From Perna viridis (taxonomy: Eukaryota): a DNA stretch of 64,000 nt. Positions within the stretch are counted from its first letter, which is position 1. Every line of letters begins with the position of its first letter. Positions 23,477 through 36,110 of this stretch are shown here, piece by piece. The translations under genes were made by a program, and so were the position numbers. The DNA is taken from NCBI GenBank assembly GCA_037379345.1, contig CM074511.1:52582862-52646861 (forward strand), written 5' to 3'. The notes beneath the pieces are model-generated. The model was not told the origin of the DNA, made no database searches, and saw only the letters and a program-made list of their open reading frames with translations.

Positions 23477-24684
23477 AGCAGACAGATATTGAGAAATGAG
23501 TTATTCCAGTTATTTTTTCCAAGAAATCTGTTTTCAGATTTCATCAGAAGTTTTGAATACCAGTAAAGCAGTTACATTGTTTTTTTTTATCTCTTTCTTT
23601 AATGCAATTTGTATCTTTTATTGACTGTTTATAGTCACCGGATGTCTTTAAGGACCTGTATAATATTTGAGGTCTAGACTTCATTATGTACATGTTTTTT
23701 TTCTCTTGGAAATACAAGTATGCTTGTTATAATAGATGTAAATTCGTCAAGATTTAATGCTGACAATTGGGTCTCCGTCAATCGAAAATCTCCTTTCTTT
23801 TCAATCCTACATACCTTGTGTACAGTTGAAATCAAGCTAAATGATGTGTCGCATAATGTGTATCTACCCTCGCAAGACAAAAAGAAAGAAAAGACAGAAA
23901 CATTTAATTCAACACTGTTTTTTATAAAGGATATGGGGTGTTATCATTACATTTGATAGAAAATATGAATTAGAAATCCGATTTTGATTATTCGGATGTC
24001 CATGTGTACCATTTAATATTATAACGTGATTTTTTTTATTAAATTAAGTCCATGTTGTTTGATTAATTTCCCAGCGGAGCGAATGTAGAGAATATGAAGC
24101 ATTAACGGCTGTATAGATGACCGTTAGAAATATCTTGTTTATGAGGTTTTTTTCTGTTCTGCAGGGTACGTTTGTTTTGTGAACGTCATAGTTCTGAAGT
24201 TTTTTTTCTTATATCATTATCGGTTTTGAAAAAAAGAGATTTTCTGTTTCACTTCTTATTGGCTTTCTTTGGAGTTGCCTGTAGTTCATTGAAGATGTTT
24301 CTTGTTAATTTTAGATGGTAATAATATTAAAATATATTTAGCGATCATAGGGTCACTTATGTTATTGGCCTGCAGGGAACCAGTGAGATTACTTTTCTCC
24401 TAAGGTCCCGTAAGAAATTAATACGCATTGGATGGTTGGCAACTGTTGGATCGTCACCACATGATCAAACAGTCCAATGAAACAAGTCGTAAAATAGTGC
24501 GAACTTATTACACGGACTTCTAAAGGAAATGAAAGGTACGAAATTTCTCTTGCATGCTGGTTTTGATAAACTTAGTATTTTATGATTATTTTAATCCTTT
24601 CCATTTCACGTTTCACTTCATTCCATTGACTATGGTCTGTGCCTAGAAACTTGATCGCGGATGCTGGTGAGTGCTACTGTAAAA

Positions 24685-24743
24685 ATCGTCTGAATATAGC
24701 TGAAATATTGCTGCTCGGACGTTAAACCCCAACAAACAAACAA
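24685..24743 (+). mobile_element. Extremely 5'-truncated SINE 3' end with perfect TSD
   Basis: Same 3' end as 7657-7712, (CAAA)n tail, flanked by the 12-bp direct repeat GCTACTGTAAAA (24673-24684 and 24744-24755). Confidence 0.85.
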
Positions 24744-25914
24744 GCTACTGTAAAATATGATATCGCCTAACGAAGCAATATTTCGCGTGATGCCTATGTC
24801 AATTTTAGCCACTGTCGTGGCTTCATTGACAAAAAGAACTACAATGTACTGGATTGAGAAATATTGTTTCGCACCATTATGGTTGAAAGCAATATATTTT
24901 AAATACTAGTATAGTTCTGTTTTAAGTCACAATTAACCTCTTCATACTGCAAAATCGTATCTGAAATCCGAGCGTAAATGCTGTCATACCTTTCTCTTTC
25001 GGTCCTTTTCGCCCCCGGTGACAACGTTCGTACTCAGTCTGATTTTATGTAATTAGAGCTCTTGGTAGATTTAAACTTTCACACGAGTACATCAGCAAAA
25101 ATTTCAATATACTTGAGAAATTCCTGAGGTTCCCTGTGGCTGTTGACAAATATAGATTTGTCGAATATACAAATTTATACTTCGAAAAAATTGGTTGGTT
25201 GTGCTTTATCAATGATAGATTCAAAGTTTTCTTGTGCACTCTATTTTTCTGTGATTGTAGCCTACGTCTGTACTGGAATTTGGATTATCATATGTTTTCG
25301 CTAAAATCTAACACTTCTTAGTGCATTTTTATGTATATTTATCATTTCTATCCGCGTATTATTCGAAAAATAATTTTGTTACTTCATTTCAACTAAAATC
25401 GCTGCAATAACACGACAAAACAGCTTCTATAGTTCCTTCAGGTAACATTCTTGTTCTTGGTTGTTTTTTTTTATATTGATACATCTTTTTGACAGACAAG
25501 TCATGTTATTAGATGAAGAAGCAGTCTTCAGCAATCTTCAAACGATACCTCTTATGATATGTTATAGACAGATTACGTTTTTTTTAACTAGTAACTTTAG
25601 TCTTTAATATACACATGTAATATAGATAATTATATTTAAAAAAGCCAGAATACCGTTTCCGGGAGCATCTTGTATTGTTCACTTTGAAAGCTTAAACAAC
25701 GATGGGTAATTCATATATGGCTTAAGTGTACATATTTCTTCTGTGTGATAGTTCTTTGCAAAGTCTTCTACAACCACTTATGTCAAAGATAATTGTATTC
25801 TCGGGTTTCTTGTCTGAAACATTTGTTGTTTGTTCCCTTAGTTAATAATCTAATGTCAATTTTTTTTAGCAAGTTGTACTTGCTTATCCGAATACGAAAA
25901 ATTAAATGCTTTTT

Positions 25915-26136
25915 CAGGGTTTGACACTAACTTTTCTCATTAGGTAGCCCACAAGACTATTTGATAGATTAATTAGGTAGTCCTCAAAAGTATTTTGCAG
26001 TCCTGTCCTTAGGACTAATAAAATGTTAAGAATAAATTCAAGTAGCCCAAAGGACTAACAATTAAAAGTTTAAGGTAGTCCTCTCTCAAATTAGATAGGC
26101 ACAGGACTACCGGACTACTGTTAGTGTCAAACCCTG
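25915..26136. mobile_element. MITE with 17-bp perfect TIRs (hAT-like CAG termini)
   Basis: CAGGGTTTGACACTAAC / GTTAGTGTCAAACCCTG; internal GGTAG(C/T)CC and GGACTA motifs repeated; no clear 8-bp TSD. Confidence 0.8.
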
Positions 26137-26389
26137 AATTTTAGTTCGTATATTTGCTAATCGTGTATTGGCATGAATGCCCCTGAAGGAGGTTGATTGT
26201 GTGGACGATACAGTCTCACAGAATCTCGAAGAATAGTTTGGAATATAGTTTCTCTTGCTAAGAAGAAGATTGTCTGAAGAAAACACATTAAATACAAAAT
26301 CCAAGGACAGTTTATTTTGATACATTATTCATGTGGAGAATCTTTCTACCGTTGATTCGTTGATACAGTTGATAATGGCTGTATACTCA

Positions 26390-27109
26390 TTATACGACGG
26401 TAAAAAAAGCGATCGTAGAATGGTATGACGCTGTCGTCAGCGGCGGTGGCGGGCGGCGTTCATAGACATTTCCTAATATCCCGACGATAACCTGAGAAGA
26501 GGACAGATGATCTATATGAAATTGTACCACCAGGTGTCATGCAATTCAAGGAAGGCTATGATTGATTTTTGGATTTTTACTTGAATCGTGTATGAATTAT
26601 GGGTCAGAAACAAAAGTAAAACTTTTTTCTTATGGTCTCAATTACCATACTCCAGTGGCCATCCCCCAAAAACACACTGAACCTACCGGTAGAAATATAT
26701 ATTGTAAGTGCATATTTTGTCTGTATTCTGATCGAAAGCAGATAAAATAAAGCTGAGAATGTGTACTTTAAAATCATATTTTGTAATTTACTACAATAGC
26801 GAATGAATATTGTTTACATGTGTGATTAATTTGCCTCCATGCTGTCAGTTACCCGAAAAGGTTAAAATGTGGATTTTCAGTATTTTATTCAAAAATATTT
26901 TGTGAAGATTTTTGTACGATCATCGTACCATTAGCATAATGGTTTTGAAAGCTTTATTATCCCAGCTTCGCATTGGTACGCAACTTTAAGATGTTATATG
27001 TCCTGGGAATTCAAAGTTTGAAACTTACTTTTTTAACATGTTAAGTAATGGATACTTTAGAAGTTGTCAGGGAGACCTATATCCGGACAAGTGAATGGAT
27101 CTCATTGTT
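26390..27109 (+). mobile_element. HINE/DINE-1-like (Helentron-associated) element
   Basis: 5' TTATACGACGG..GATCGTA inverted repeat, (GGC)n microsatellite core, satellite-like monomer, and a 3' short palindrome ATCC..GGAT followed by TTGTT. Confidence 0.5.
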
Positions 27110-28363
27110 ATTGTACAAAAAAGTGCCACGTCCATTAGAAGAAGGCTGCGATTGATTTTTTATGATAGTTACTTGAACCGTTACTGAAATCAGGCGCTTA
27201 AAAGGGCCATAAATAGCATATTATTGAAGCCCGAAAATCAAATTAAGTTAGAGTGATATTGTACTACAAGGTACCATACCAGTAAGATTGGTCTGAAAAT
27301 AAAGGCCCAGAAACAAACATCTCTGGTGTAAAAGTAATACTTTTAATTTAAAAGTAAAAAATGTGGACAGCAACCAGCATGTCATGGTGTCTTTGAAGGT
27401 TGATACATCTCTTTGAAGTTGTACCATTAAGTTTCCTTAGCAATAGGCTGGGACCAAATCTCTTCTGTCCAATTTATTATCTTGTATTAAATGTTTATTT
27501 GTAGTACAAATTCATGACTGTATCAACCTTAAACGGCGTGTCCATATTTGCCTCAACTGCTCAGGTTCGATCATTGTGGTCATATCAAGCTGCGTCTTGT
27601 AAAACATTTTATTTTCAATATTCCCTAAAAACTGTACTAGTGTAATTATAACTAACCGCTGTTGGGTTCTCTGACCAGAAGTGAGTGTTTGTTAATCAAA
27701 CAAATGTCAACTAATTACTTTGGAAATCAACAGAATCCTTTTCTCCTAGTTAATTACAACAAAGTTTGTGACATGAAGTTATATATTAGTCCATTAAATT
27801 ATCTTCCGCTGCAAGAATTTGTATTCTAATTTACGAAACGTATCCTTGAAATTGAATTACTGGGGCAGAAGCAACTTTTCTCTCTGTGTTCAAGGAAAAT
27901 TAATCAATGCTTGGATGTCAAATTCTTATATCTTGGATAATCTTTGTATAAATATAAGATTATTGATCGGATCACGCACCTGTTTCAGTCAAATGTAATT
28001 GTAAGTTGTAAAATTTTGAATTTTCCAATTCAGTTTCCACCGGAAATACCCTACAATAAAATACTCGTTTCCGATACGAAAAGAGCTGACTTAGGATTTA
28101 CCACTAATGAAATGGTAGGTAGACAATAATTATTTTCATTTTGATCTGATTGCAACTGATATATATGTAATAACTATATAGAGTTTCTAAAATTGTTCAC
28201 AAACATTTAACAACCTTACCAGCTTTTAATGAATTTTATGTTTAAGTCAATACAAAAAGAAATTTACTATAACACATTGCATTTCAATAAGAAATATTTG
28301 ATCATGCAATGTGTGTTATAGTACATTTATATTAGACAATACTTTTTTTTATCAAATTATGGT

Positions 28364-28756
28364 GCCCCGTGCGGGTCAGGGTATCAAAAGAATAGGCCCA
28401 CAGCAGCGCTTAGCTTGTCGTAAAAGGCGACTAAATAGTGCTCAGAACCCTGGCCGGGGGCTAGGATTCTGTGCCCACAGAGTAACGGGGATGTGTGCCC
28501 CAGGTGGTGGAATAGGGGTACCCCTGGCAGCTACATGCTGGGTTCGTCAGGCCATAATACGGAAAAAAAACTGACCGCAAACTACAGTGGTGCACCGTGT
28601 TGGGAAAAATGCCACGTTCCTTGCACATTAAAGAACCCTGCTGTGGTAGAAACCTTTGCGCCCCTCCACAGGAGGCTACCTACCCACTTCCCCTACTTCC
28701 AGTGGCAATCGAAACCCGTCGACCCTGTTTTCCTCGTGTCCTGTTCCATTTTTCAT
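28364..28756 (+). mobile_element. SINE-like retroposon, copy 2 (5' part retained, 3' tail missing)
   Basis: Colinear with 7248-7625 and extends about 55 bp further 5' (GCCCCGTGCGGGTCAGGG..AGAATAGGCCC..GCTTGTCGTAAAAGGCGACTAAA). Confidence 0.8.
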
Positions 28757-29990
28757 GTGTCAAAATCGGATAATGTACAAGTATTCAAATTAAATCATTA
28801 GCGCTCAATATGACAAATTCCATCTCCTATTTGGGATTGTTATTAATTCACCTATTTCAGCTTTTTACAGGTAAAATAAAAGTAAAAACAACAAAACAGT
28901 CATATGTTTATATCAAACTGTAATTTTAAAAGTGGATGAAACATGATGGCATCGTATGTTCACCGAAAAGTAAATTGCTTATCTTTAAGCCGTGCAAGGC
29001 ACCCTCAATTTTAGTGCAGTCTATAAAATTTAAGTAGTTTCAAAACAAAATTCACAGAAAAAAAGCAGAGAAAAATAAGTTTAATGAGTAACTCTTTTGC
29101 AATTTTATTCACGGTAAAAAGTCTTAAAGACTGCTATTTGGAGCGATCATCTCTGTTTCAAGCGTAAGATTTTATAACCTTTATATACTGTCCGTTCATA
29201 TTGCATTGTAACTTATCAGACTCGAAAATCTCTTAAAGCTTAAGTATTCCATACTTACTATAAATCTCGTCTTTTAAGTAAGGTATTGATTTAACTTGCT
29301 CTGAAATTCTGTCAGCTTTGTCGAACTTAATTTCCCTGAAACAAGTAAAATTTCACAGTTCAACTTGTTTTATGCATATGTTCAATATACGGAAGCAGAT
29401 ATTGAATTACAAAACCTAGCTGATGTATCTGATTCTCCTACAACGGTGGCTTAACCATATCGTATAATTGTCTTCTTGTATTACTTTTTATTATAATCAT
29501 GTAAGAGCGTGGAGGGTAATTAGTCTAGTGCTCAGCTGATATCACATTTTATACTATTTATACAGTATCTTTGGGTACGGATACTATATAAGAATACATG
29601 TATCTATTTTCCCCCACTGTATTGATATTTTTATGTGCATTTTTGCAGTGTTACTATTGTCTATGGTCTTTATTCATGTTGTCCTGTCTTGTCTTGTCTT
29701 GAAATTAACGTCTTGATCTACTGTTCTAAAACGCAGTTTTATTTAATACTGTCTTCGACATTATTTGGAACGTTAGCTCTTCTTCAAGTGCTATACAGAA
29801 TTAAAATTTATGTTTCTGTGAATTGTGTAGCTGTTCTGTATCTTTTCGTTTTTAAGATACACATAGTCACTTGCATAGCACATTCCTCTGGACGGCTCAC
29901 TGTACCAAGGTATCAACTTAATCGAAGTCGTACAATGTGTATTCAATCGCGTTGTCGGACATTTTCACAATGGGAGCCATTACGGAAAAG

Positions 29991-30345
29991 TACGAAAGCC
30001 TATTGAGCTCATTTTCGTGGACTAAAAAAATTTCGCGGTATAACGAGATCTTATATTTTTGTTCAAATGTCTATCATCTTGTTGAAATATACGTACAAGT
30101 AATTCGCGTAAGTTTTGCGTTATTACGCATAAGTTTCGTGTTATTTCGCGAAAGTTTCGCGTTATTACGGGTAATTTTTGCGTTATTTATGTGTAAGATT
30201 CGCATTATTTCTGAAAAGTTTCGCCTTATAACGCGCAAGTTTCGAGTTATTACGCGTGTTTCGCATTATTACTCGAAAGTTTAGCGTTATTTCGCGATTT
30301 TTGTTTATTTTTAGTCAACGAAAATGAGCTGAATGGGCTTTTAAT
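29991..30345. mobile_element. MITE with ~35-bp TIRs and an internal 21-bp minisatellite
   Basis: AAAGCCTATTGAGCTCATTTTCGTGGACTAAAAA versus TTTTTAGTCAACGAAAATGAGCTGAATGGGCTTT; about 9 units of GCGTTATTACGCGAAAGTTTC at ~30100-30297. Confidence 0.8.
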
Positions 30346-31101
30346 GAAAAGAGATTGTCAATTGAGCCGTTTTTTTTCAATTGGAGGGTCTTAAAGAATA
30401 AATATATACAATATCAATTTTCATAGAAATGGGTCATCTTTGAATTGGCGTTGGTGGCTATTTTGAAAATGGCGGCTGTTACATAGTTCAAATTGTTAAT
30501 TTAGCCGCGTGTTATTAATCGGGATTGACTAAAAAATCTAAATCAGGGGCATAGCTGCCTATACGCAAGTACGAAGTTGCGTACTTTCGGAAAAAGTAAC
30601 AAAAATGAAAACACACATTTTAAAGATGAAATAAAGGTTTTATGCAATGACTCACTGGGGGCCTTGAGCGACACCCCCCAATACCCCTCGCCGTAATTTT
30701 GCGTACAAATAAAACAGGCCTAGCTACGCCCCTGTAAATATCAATTTTTTTTATCGAAATTAGACAATTTTGAGTTTTCGATCGTGTAATTTTTTTATCG
30801 GGATTTTCTTTGGACCCTTGAGCTGAATATTTATTAAGACTTTCATCATAGTTTGATCAGGAATTTTCGAGTGATAAAAGCCCAAAACTTTCTAGGAAAA
30901 ATATAGGGACTTTTAGTCTGATTTTTTTTGTCGGAGTTTTGCATCCCCCAAAGAGTAGTTTCCTTTCAATCGGATGAGCCATTTTCGAGAAAATGTCCGG
31001 ACACTTTCATGATTTGTTTATGACAGGAGAATTAAAATAATGATAAAAAACGAACGGAGTGAAAACAATGTCTCCAACCAACTTTGTGGTCGGCGACTTA
31101 A
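30346..31101 (-). mobile_element. HINE-like element (boundaries approximate) hosting a nested MITE
   Basis: Right end ACAATGTCTCCAACCAACTTTGTGGTCGGCGACTTAAA resembles a HINE terminus; satellite-type motifs TTTGAAAATGGCGGC and TTTCAATCGGATGAGCCATTTTCGAGAAA. Confidence 0.45.
30544..30734. mobile_element. MITE with 13-bp TIRs
   Basis: CAGGGGCATAGCT / AGCTACGCCCCTG; TAAAT present on both flanks. Confidence 0.8.
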
Positions 31102-32996
31102 AGATAGTAATCGACTCAAAGTTGCCGTTGCGCCTACCATTTATAAAATGCGAATGAAATGGGTACATGTGCACGTATGTATACTGTAACAGTAACTGGA
31201 AGTCAGAAGCGTCCTAATATTATCATTTTGTATGAAAATGTCAAAATGTTTCTCTGTAAGCACGTCGTAGCTTAAAAAAGGTTCATGGCCATAGAATTAC
31301 ACGGAAGTTATGAGTTTATTATCAAATCTAAACCTTGACAGAAAGAGAGTAGAGTGTAGTATTTCAATCAGAAGTGAACAAATAATAGGAGCATAATCAG
31401 AGTAATGTCTGTTGTCTATATCAAATTTGGTATAGCGTGACAATGCAATAAATTGGGTTAGTATGAAGACAATCTTCAGATGAAGTTATCATTGATTTCT
31501 GAGACGAAAACCTCCAGATTGTTTCTCATCACATAACCCAGACACGACAGCATATAACTATTAACTTCACGGTAAATTATTAAAAGGGAATATTTTGATC
31601 TGAAAATTTGTTCTCTTGAGTAGCCGTAATCAAAATTTCATGAAACATTTATGTAATCTCCAGAATTCTGTCTATTTACCACGTATACTTAAGCGATATT
31701 AATGCCTGAGGATTTAAGGTTGGTATTTTTCAGTAGCGAAATTTGCAAAACTGATGCCACAGATGCAACTGTAGCGCCATGTAACATAATACAATAAGAT
31801 TTGTTTAAAGATTTGAAGAAACATAGTATCAGAATTCAGAAAAAGTAAAATAGGTTTTACTTTATTCTGAAACGCTCTTTTTGTGCTCGAAAAAATAATA
31901 AAACAAAACAAATGCAAAAGTCTTAAGAATGCATCACATGACACTTGTAACTTTCTAATGGCTAAATGAGTTTCGTTCCAGTAGGGTATTTGACGGGTCG
32001 GCTATTATATATCAGCATGAACTTATGATGACCTCTGTAGATATATAGAACTCATGCAGCCGTCAGAAAGTTACAAGTGTCATGCGATGCATTTCTAACA
32101 CTTCCCATTTTTTTTTACAATTGTTTGTTTGTTTTTGTTTTGTTTTTTCGTTACGTTTCACCATATCCGTTCTTTTTTCCCATTCTTTGTGTTGGTCTTA
32201 TCACTACAAACAACATTGCCAAGGCAAGATCGAAAGTAGGACAGTGTCATACTTACTTTGTTTTGCCTTAGTCGACTTATGTGACTTGAAGGCCTAATTT
32301 GTTGTACTACATAATGAATATTATAGATGTTAATTGATATCATTAACGTCTAAGGGGTTTTAACGTCTTTGACTACCGTTTGGGGTCTCGCAGCCATCAA
32401 TGCAGTTTTATATATCCCGGGTCTCAGCTGTTGTGTTCATACCTCCCTGATACTAATACGCCATTCTTAAAATCCATTGTTCCTAAGTAGTTATAATTAA
32501 CGTCACCATTACTGAGCTTCTTTGAAGATCTTAAACAACGGCTTGTTAGCTAATGAAATCCAGAAACTGGTCGAATAAAGAGTAATGAGTATTCACCAAT
32601 TCTGAAACAGGTTTTGTCTTAGCTGTAGTAACTGTTTGGCTATTAAACAGTGTGCCTGGAATGCTCCCGCCTTCGCATGGTGTGAATTATTTCATGTTGG
32701 TTATGCAACGATCCCTTTTTATGGTATGACGTTTTCGTCGACTTGATTTTTTTTTATTATTCCTTTTTCGTTCTTTCCCACGTAAGTAATTAGTTTGCAA
32801 GTTCCGTTATCGTATTATATGACAGCGCATGAAATCTATAAAATACTTATATATACGTACTTATTGAAACGCTGACCAAACAAGCTTCTGTGTTGTTGAT
32901 TCTGTGTTCTGGATCAAGTTGATAAATACTGGTCTTTGAAGTTTAATTATTCGTATTTGTTTTCTACATTCTTCTATTGATTATGGCTATTTACAG

Positions 32997-33098
32997 GACA
33001 GAGTATGTGAATTGACCAGATGCTGCACCACAAATAAAGAAACGGAAATGTTAAATTCCACCTATTTATCGCAAAAAGAGAAAGAATGACTTAATAAG
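32997..33098 (+). other. Candidate non-coding (5' UTR) exon, possibly of the TMEM200-like gene
   Basis: Acceptor tatttacag and consensus donor AAG|gtaagt 102 nt apart; the phase-0 frame contains a stop. Confidence 0.35.
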
Positions 33099-35609
33099 GT
33101 AAGTTACGTTACTTTAGGACAAAAATGACCTGGATATGTCTTTGTACTTAGTCGAGTGATACATGTAGTCATTACATTGTCTTCTTAATGCATTGAATTT
33201 TTTTATGTTACACGACCTAATTTAAATTAATACGAATATTTCATATGATTTTTCTAATGATTTAAGATGCTTTTAATATTTTAATATTTAATGATTTTAA
33301 AATAGATCGGAGTTTTTAGTCTCGAGCAAAAACTAATGCATATTGCGTTTTCTTTATTTATTTCCCTTTTTGGTGTAATAATTGTTCAGACAGTACTTTA
33401 GTCGCATGGTTTTACGCTAGACAAACACTCGGTAAACAGATAATGAGGTATGGCATTATACATATGTATAACTATGTATAATTTGGAGGAAAAAAAATGA
33501 CAACGGAAGTTAAAGGCCTCTTTTATAAGGAAGACATCGGTTGTGATTCCGTAGGTTTCACCGTAACGCTCCATATTTATTTTTAACAAACAGCCATTTT
33601 TGACTGGACAACAAATAATTAATTAAAACAGATCAGTCTTTCATGCAGTGCTGTGCAAATGGATTATGAAACTGACAGCTAGAGATGAAAAGCGCCAGTC
33701 AGATATTTAATGATGGTATTTACAACTTCATTGACAGGAAGTAAAACACATTTAACTTCTGTGTATAACTTCTACCAAATAATACTTAACTATCGACTAA
33801 AGAAGTACTGTAACATTTATAAATCGTACAAAAGTTATGGAAATAAACGCAATTATCATGACTTAATTGTTACGGATATTCTCGACTTTAAACGCTGAAC
33901 TAATTCTGTTAGATTGGTCTAGTCTCATTTTAGGCCTGAAAATCGTGACGAAGAGCGTTGGCTGGTCTTTTGGTCTTTAAAAATTGTTCAGCTAGGGTAC
34001 ATTTAATGAAGATAAGTGATTGAAAGCAGGGCAAAATTAATCTCAGAACCATTGTGTACATTTTTCTCTAAATGTACAGACGAAATTGAGTTTAACTTAA
34101 CCATAAACTCTGTTTAATAACTCAGAACAGAGAGATCTCTAATTATAAAAAAGTTTATAGAGGCCGCTATTACATTAAATGTTGACAATTCTTTGCCAGA
34201 TAAGCATGTCAAAATCCAAAGATTATGTAAAGCAGTTCATTAAGTTTATAATTAAAACTAAAGCGTTTTGTTAAAAACACATGGAATAGTGCTTCTCCTT
34301 AATAACATATAGACATTCAAACAACAACAAAATTAAAAAAAAAAGATTTGACATAATCAAATGCAATTTACTTACCTAATGAATAAATTGATTATCAAAC
34401 ACCAAATACAACATGATTTTGGTTCAGATAATATTTCGGATACACGAAAACTGAAGATACGCGAAAGAGAAATTATATATCGTGACCACGAAATAACAAG
34501 AACTTTTTAGACCAAAGCATACTGATGCTAAGCCAGGTTATCCATAACTCCGGGTCGGGCCAATCTGTCGTAAGGCAAGATCAAAATAAGAGGCCAAGCC
34601 AAGCCAGGAAAAGCCATATGGTCAACTGAATCAGCTTTAAGACTTTGCTATGCAAATAAGGTTTAAAACTTGTTTTATAGACGACCAAAAACAGCTGATT
34701 TCCAACTAGAAGTCGACCGATATACGTTTCGTTTGAATCGTGTGTTGTTGTTTTTCAGGATTTTAGAATGTTTACTTGATACCTTGATAAGATGATAACC
34801 TAATTTTAAGTAAAAATGGAACAAACTTTTTAACTGTTTTTTTTACTAAACGTGAACGTGGAATGTTTTGTATGACAATCCTACCGTAATTTGCAATTTA
34901 ACCTATTTACTACCGTCATATCTGTAAAATTTCCTACTTAATGAATGAAACAATCCTGCAGTTACTTATCAAGAATAATGTTTGAAAGGTTCACGTTAGT
35001 CGTCACAGATGTCAGAGCGCCATGATCTGATGTTAAGGAAATCTGCAGTATCAATAGTTAATCAAGAATATAGCAAAAAAAATTTAAAAATAATAAGACG
35101 GTTTGAATTTTAACAGACGTTTAACCTTTCAAATGATCAGATTTGATACGTACAGTGTCAAATCGTTTTTCGTAATAAAGATTAAAACCGTAAGTATCTA
35201 TAGATGGCATTTTCCATATTTCCCCGGTATCAGCCGATACCCCCTTTATGACGTCAAATATCGCGTATTCGGGGATTATATGGTTCGAGTCCTGATACCA
35301 GGTCAATGTGAAAATACCATGCAATAACCTATTGATCACATATTTAAGGCATTTAGTAGAAATGTATAATAGTTAAAAGCTTAATTAACAAACAAATGTA
35401 AAACAAAACAAGACAGAAAAAATTATAATACAGCTTGGTTTATTTATAAAATGGTAACCACTGCTTCAAGTTCGATATCTGTTATTGTGTTATCACCTGC
35501 TTTATCTTTCAAACGTATAACAATGTGCATGTTATTAAAACCGTTATCAGCCTGGACTGTTAACTTATTTGTTATTTCCCCCAGACTGATAACTTACTTT
35601 TATTATTTG

Positions 35610-35745
35610 GTATATACTGAATATTACATGCCGTATCAACACGAGACTCCTTAAATAACCCAAGAGCCGCTGGCCCGCGGGGTGAGGTCGAGGGTAGATA
35701 CCACATATGATACAGATTCAGACATGTCATTTTCGCTATATATAT
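35610..35745. repeat. Imperfect palindromic (Crypton-like non-autonomous) repeat
   Basis: ATATACTGAATATTACATG versus CATGTCATTTTCGCTATATAT arms around a GC-rich centre GCCGCTGGCCCGCGGGGTGAGGTCGAGGG. Confidence 0.35.
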
Positions 35746-35844
35746 TCTAACTATATTTCAAGTGTGGTCTCTGTAGGGGGGCGATATAGGGTCATGCGCC
35801 ATGAAAACTGATTTGTTCAACGTGTCATAGTTTTCTTTTCCTCT

Positions 35845-36110
35845 TTCGTCTACCCTGGATATGACTTTTTATGAACAATTCGGCGGGTGTTTATAGAAAA
35901 GCAGAGGACGCTTACCCTACCGGTGCACCTGGTTCATGCTCCCAGTTTTTAGTAGAGTCCGAGTTGCTCATTTGCTTTTGTTACTTTGTATGTATGATTT
36001 TAGTTACTTTATGTTCTTTGTTGTGTATGTCTGTTTTCCATGTCTGGTCTTTGTCACTGGATTACATTCTTTTGATTACCGCTATAACCTTGGTTCCCTT
36101 GGTTACCCTT
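35845..36110 (+). mobile_element. Interspersed ~270-bp repeat, copy 2
   Basis: Nearly identical to 12105-12380. Confidence 0.75.

Noticed and set aside
35282-35292. Isolated B box GGTTCGAGTCC
   Set aside because: No A box or cloverleaf upstream; a single motif is not enough.
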